Shown piece after piece: positions 16,033-17,501 of a DNA stretch of 17,501 nucleotides. The notes under the pieces are model-generated. The model was not told where the DNA came from. It searched no databases and saw only the letters and a list, made by a program, of their open reading frames with translations. The DNA comes from Candidatus Thorarchaeota archaeon (GTDB lineage Archaea; Asgardarchaeota; Thorarchaeia; Thorarchaeales; Thorarchaeaceae): NCBI GenBank assembly GCA_048882325.1, contig JBHLRS010000055.1, forward strand, positions 1-17,501, given 5' to 3'. Position numbers and translations under genes: made by a program. Within the stretch, counting starts at the first letter, position 1; each line of letters opens with the position of its first letter.

Positions 16033-17501
16033 TTACACTTGATATGTTCCGCCGCCTTTTCCACGAGCCATCAACGCGATGTTGACTATCGCACCGAGTA
16101 CAACGCCTCCACCCAACAAAGCTGTGTATGGATAACCATCCCAGAACATCTGTTCTATAAGTCCAATTGGATCAGGACTGACAATATACCCATCAATGTG
16201 AGTGTGCTTAGAATAGGTATTGTTGCCATGGGAGTAATCAAGGTAGGCAGGGGCGAACGCATAGACTCCTTCATATTGGAATGTCACAGTGTAAGTGATG
16301 TTTAGCATTTCGCCAGGTGCCAATTGTGTAGCTGATGCGGATTGAGTTCCAGAAACATTCACTGAGGCAGGATATGTTGTACCAATCATTGTGTCGGTAA
16401 CATTCAGGTCATAGATAGGTTCAGTGCCCTGATTGTGTACCGAAACGGTCACTTGCGTTGAACCACCAGGTATTGTTGTCTGAGGATCGAAGGAACGGGT
16501 GATTGTCACCAATGGTGGGAAGGTTCCCGCATCGAAATACAGTGAGTAGTCCGGCACATCAACATACGCTGTTGCATTCCAGAATACAATTCTCGCTTCT
16601 GGATCGTAGTAGGTTATGTTGAGTGCTTGGTTCTCCGGTGCATATGAGGTGAGGTTCATATTTTCAGGGAGATATGCAGCTACCAAAGACCGTCCGTTCG
16701 TAAGACCATTAACTACTCCAGTTGATGGTTTTCCAAGTAACTCCTCAAAGATATCGAGAGAGTCCGAGTTTGTTGACAGTCTCTGATCTCCAATATATCC
16801 GGCTGCAGCAATAGCAACAGGTCCATCAAGAGCTGGCATTTGAGACAGTAGAAATGAGGTTGGAGTCACGTTTCCACCGCCACCGAATCCTTCAATGAGG
16901 TCCATGAGGTTCCCCATGTCCGGAACAGCGAGAAGTCCAGCACCTGATGCTCTTGCCTCACTGAAAACAGCACTATCAATCGATGCCATGAAACCACTCT
17001 GGTCCATCACACCAAGTACACTGTCAACTGCATTCTCAAATTCGTTTGTCACTTTATAGATGAACAGATTAATGCCGGTGAATGGTAGAGTCACTGGCTC
17101 ACCCACGATACCCTCGATGAATTCCTCATCAATCCGTAGGTTAATCAGCTCTTCAAAGTCAAAGAGAAAGTTTGTGTGAAGATGCGTTCTGATTGCAGCC
17201 ATGTTTGTCTGCGCGTCAGCATCTGTCAAATCAAAGAATACATTGATTAAAAGGCTGAAGTCGGTACCAAGCATGTCAAAGATTGAACCAGTGTCAAGTC
17301 CACCTGTTCCAAATGGGAATTGCTGAGCCATGAAGGTGGTGTTGCCACCCATCCCGTCAGTGAAGTTGAACAAGTCAGCTCCAACGAGGTCCAAGACATA
17401 ATCTAATAGTTCACCATGTGTAGCGATGAGTGCCATCACAATGCATCCTTCGTACATGGGGTCGTCCAAGGCAAGTTGTTGATCCGGAACTCCTAATTGC
17501 C
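16033..17501 (-). CDS. Membrane-anchored cell-surface (S-layer-like) glycoprotein with Ig-like DUF11/BatD-type domain, 5'-truncated
   Basis: The frame is open to the window end (QLGVPDQQLALDDPMYEG). It has an Ig-like segment PPLVTITRSF...VTVSVHNQGTEPIYDLNVTD, about 10 N-x-S/T sequons, acidic composition, a C-terminal TM helix and a short basic tail. Confidence 0.8.
   Translation of the reverse strand, partial: QLGVPDQQLALDDPMYEGCIVMALIATHGELLDYVLDLVGADLFNFTDGMGGNTTFMAQQFPFGTGGLDTGSIFDMLGTDFSLLINVFFDLTDADAQTNMAAIRTHLHTNFLFDFEELINLRIDEEFIEGIVGEPVTLPFTGINLFIYKVTNEFENAVDSVLGVMDQSGFMASIDSAVFSEARASGAGLLAVPDMGNLMDLIEGFGGGGNVTPTSFLLSQMPALDGPVAIAAAGYIGDQRLSTNSDSLDIFEELLGKPSTGVVNGLTNGRSLVAAYLPENMNLTSYAPENQALNITYYDPEARIVFWNATAYVDVPDYSLYFDAGTFPPLVTITRSFDPQTTIPGGSTQVTVSVHNQGTEPIYDLNVTDTMIGTTYPASVNVSGTQSASATQLAPGEMLNITYTVTFQYEGVYAFAPAYLDYSHGNNTYSKHTHIDGYIVSPDPIGLIEQMFWDGYPYTALLGGGVVLGAIVNIALMARGKGGGTYQV

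Noticed and set aside
10220-16305. Short plus-strand ORFs (10220, 10617, 10720, 12072, 12574, 12814, 13359, 13797, 14298, 14596, 15516, 16039)
   Set aside because: All lie antisense to well-supported genes and show no protein motifs.
1-17501. CRISPR arrays, tRNA/rRNA, transposases, integrases or defence genes
   Set aside because: No periodic repeats, no intergenic space with RNA-gene features and no such protein motifs were seen by eye.

Overview
Gene-dense archaeal chromosomal window with 20 supported CDSs. The gene content, TATA-like promoters and several TTG starts suggest an Asgard archaeon, possibly Thorarchaeota-like; this is an inference, not a classification. Left part: a 5'-truncated MDR-family NAD(P) oxidoreductase, an uncharacterised membrane protein, an ATP-grasp ligase, a cupin and a degenerate class I methyltransferase. 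Middle: a ~530 aa coiled-coil protein ending in a winged-helix domain. It converges on a minus-strand run of HTH_10 regulator, small coiled-coil protein, HExxH membrane metalloprotease and small winged-helix protein. The HTH_10 gene is divergent from an EamA/DMT transporter across a perfect 14-bp palindrome. Right part: a tightly packed minus-strand run of agmatinase, TrmB regulator, geranylgeranyl-reductase-family flavoprotein, M23-like peptidase, LipS-type radical SAM enzyme and a split lipoate-protein ligase (LplA + LplB). A 5'-truncated membrane-anchored surface glycoprotein lies upstream of that run. I saw no rRNA, tRNA, CRISPR array or mobile element. The best candidates for undescribed biology are (1) the coiled-coil/winged-helix/membrane-protease module and (2) the non-canonical lipoate-assembly cluster linked to a GGR-like flavoprotein and an M23-like protein.
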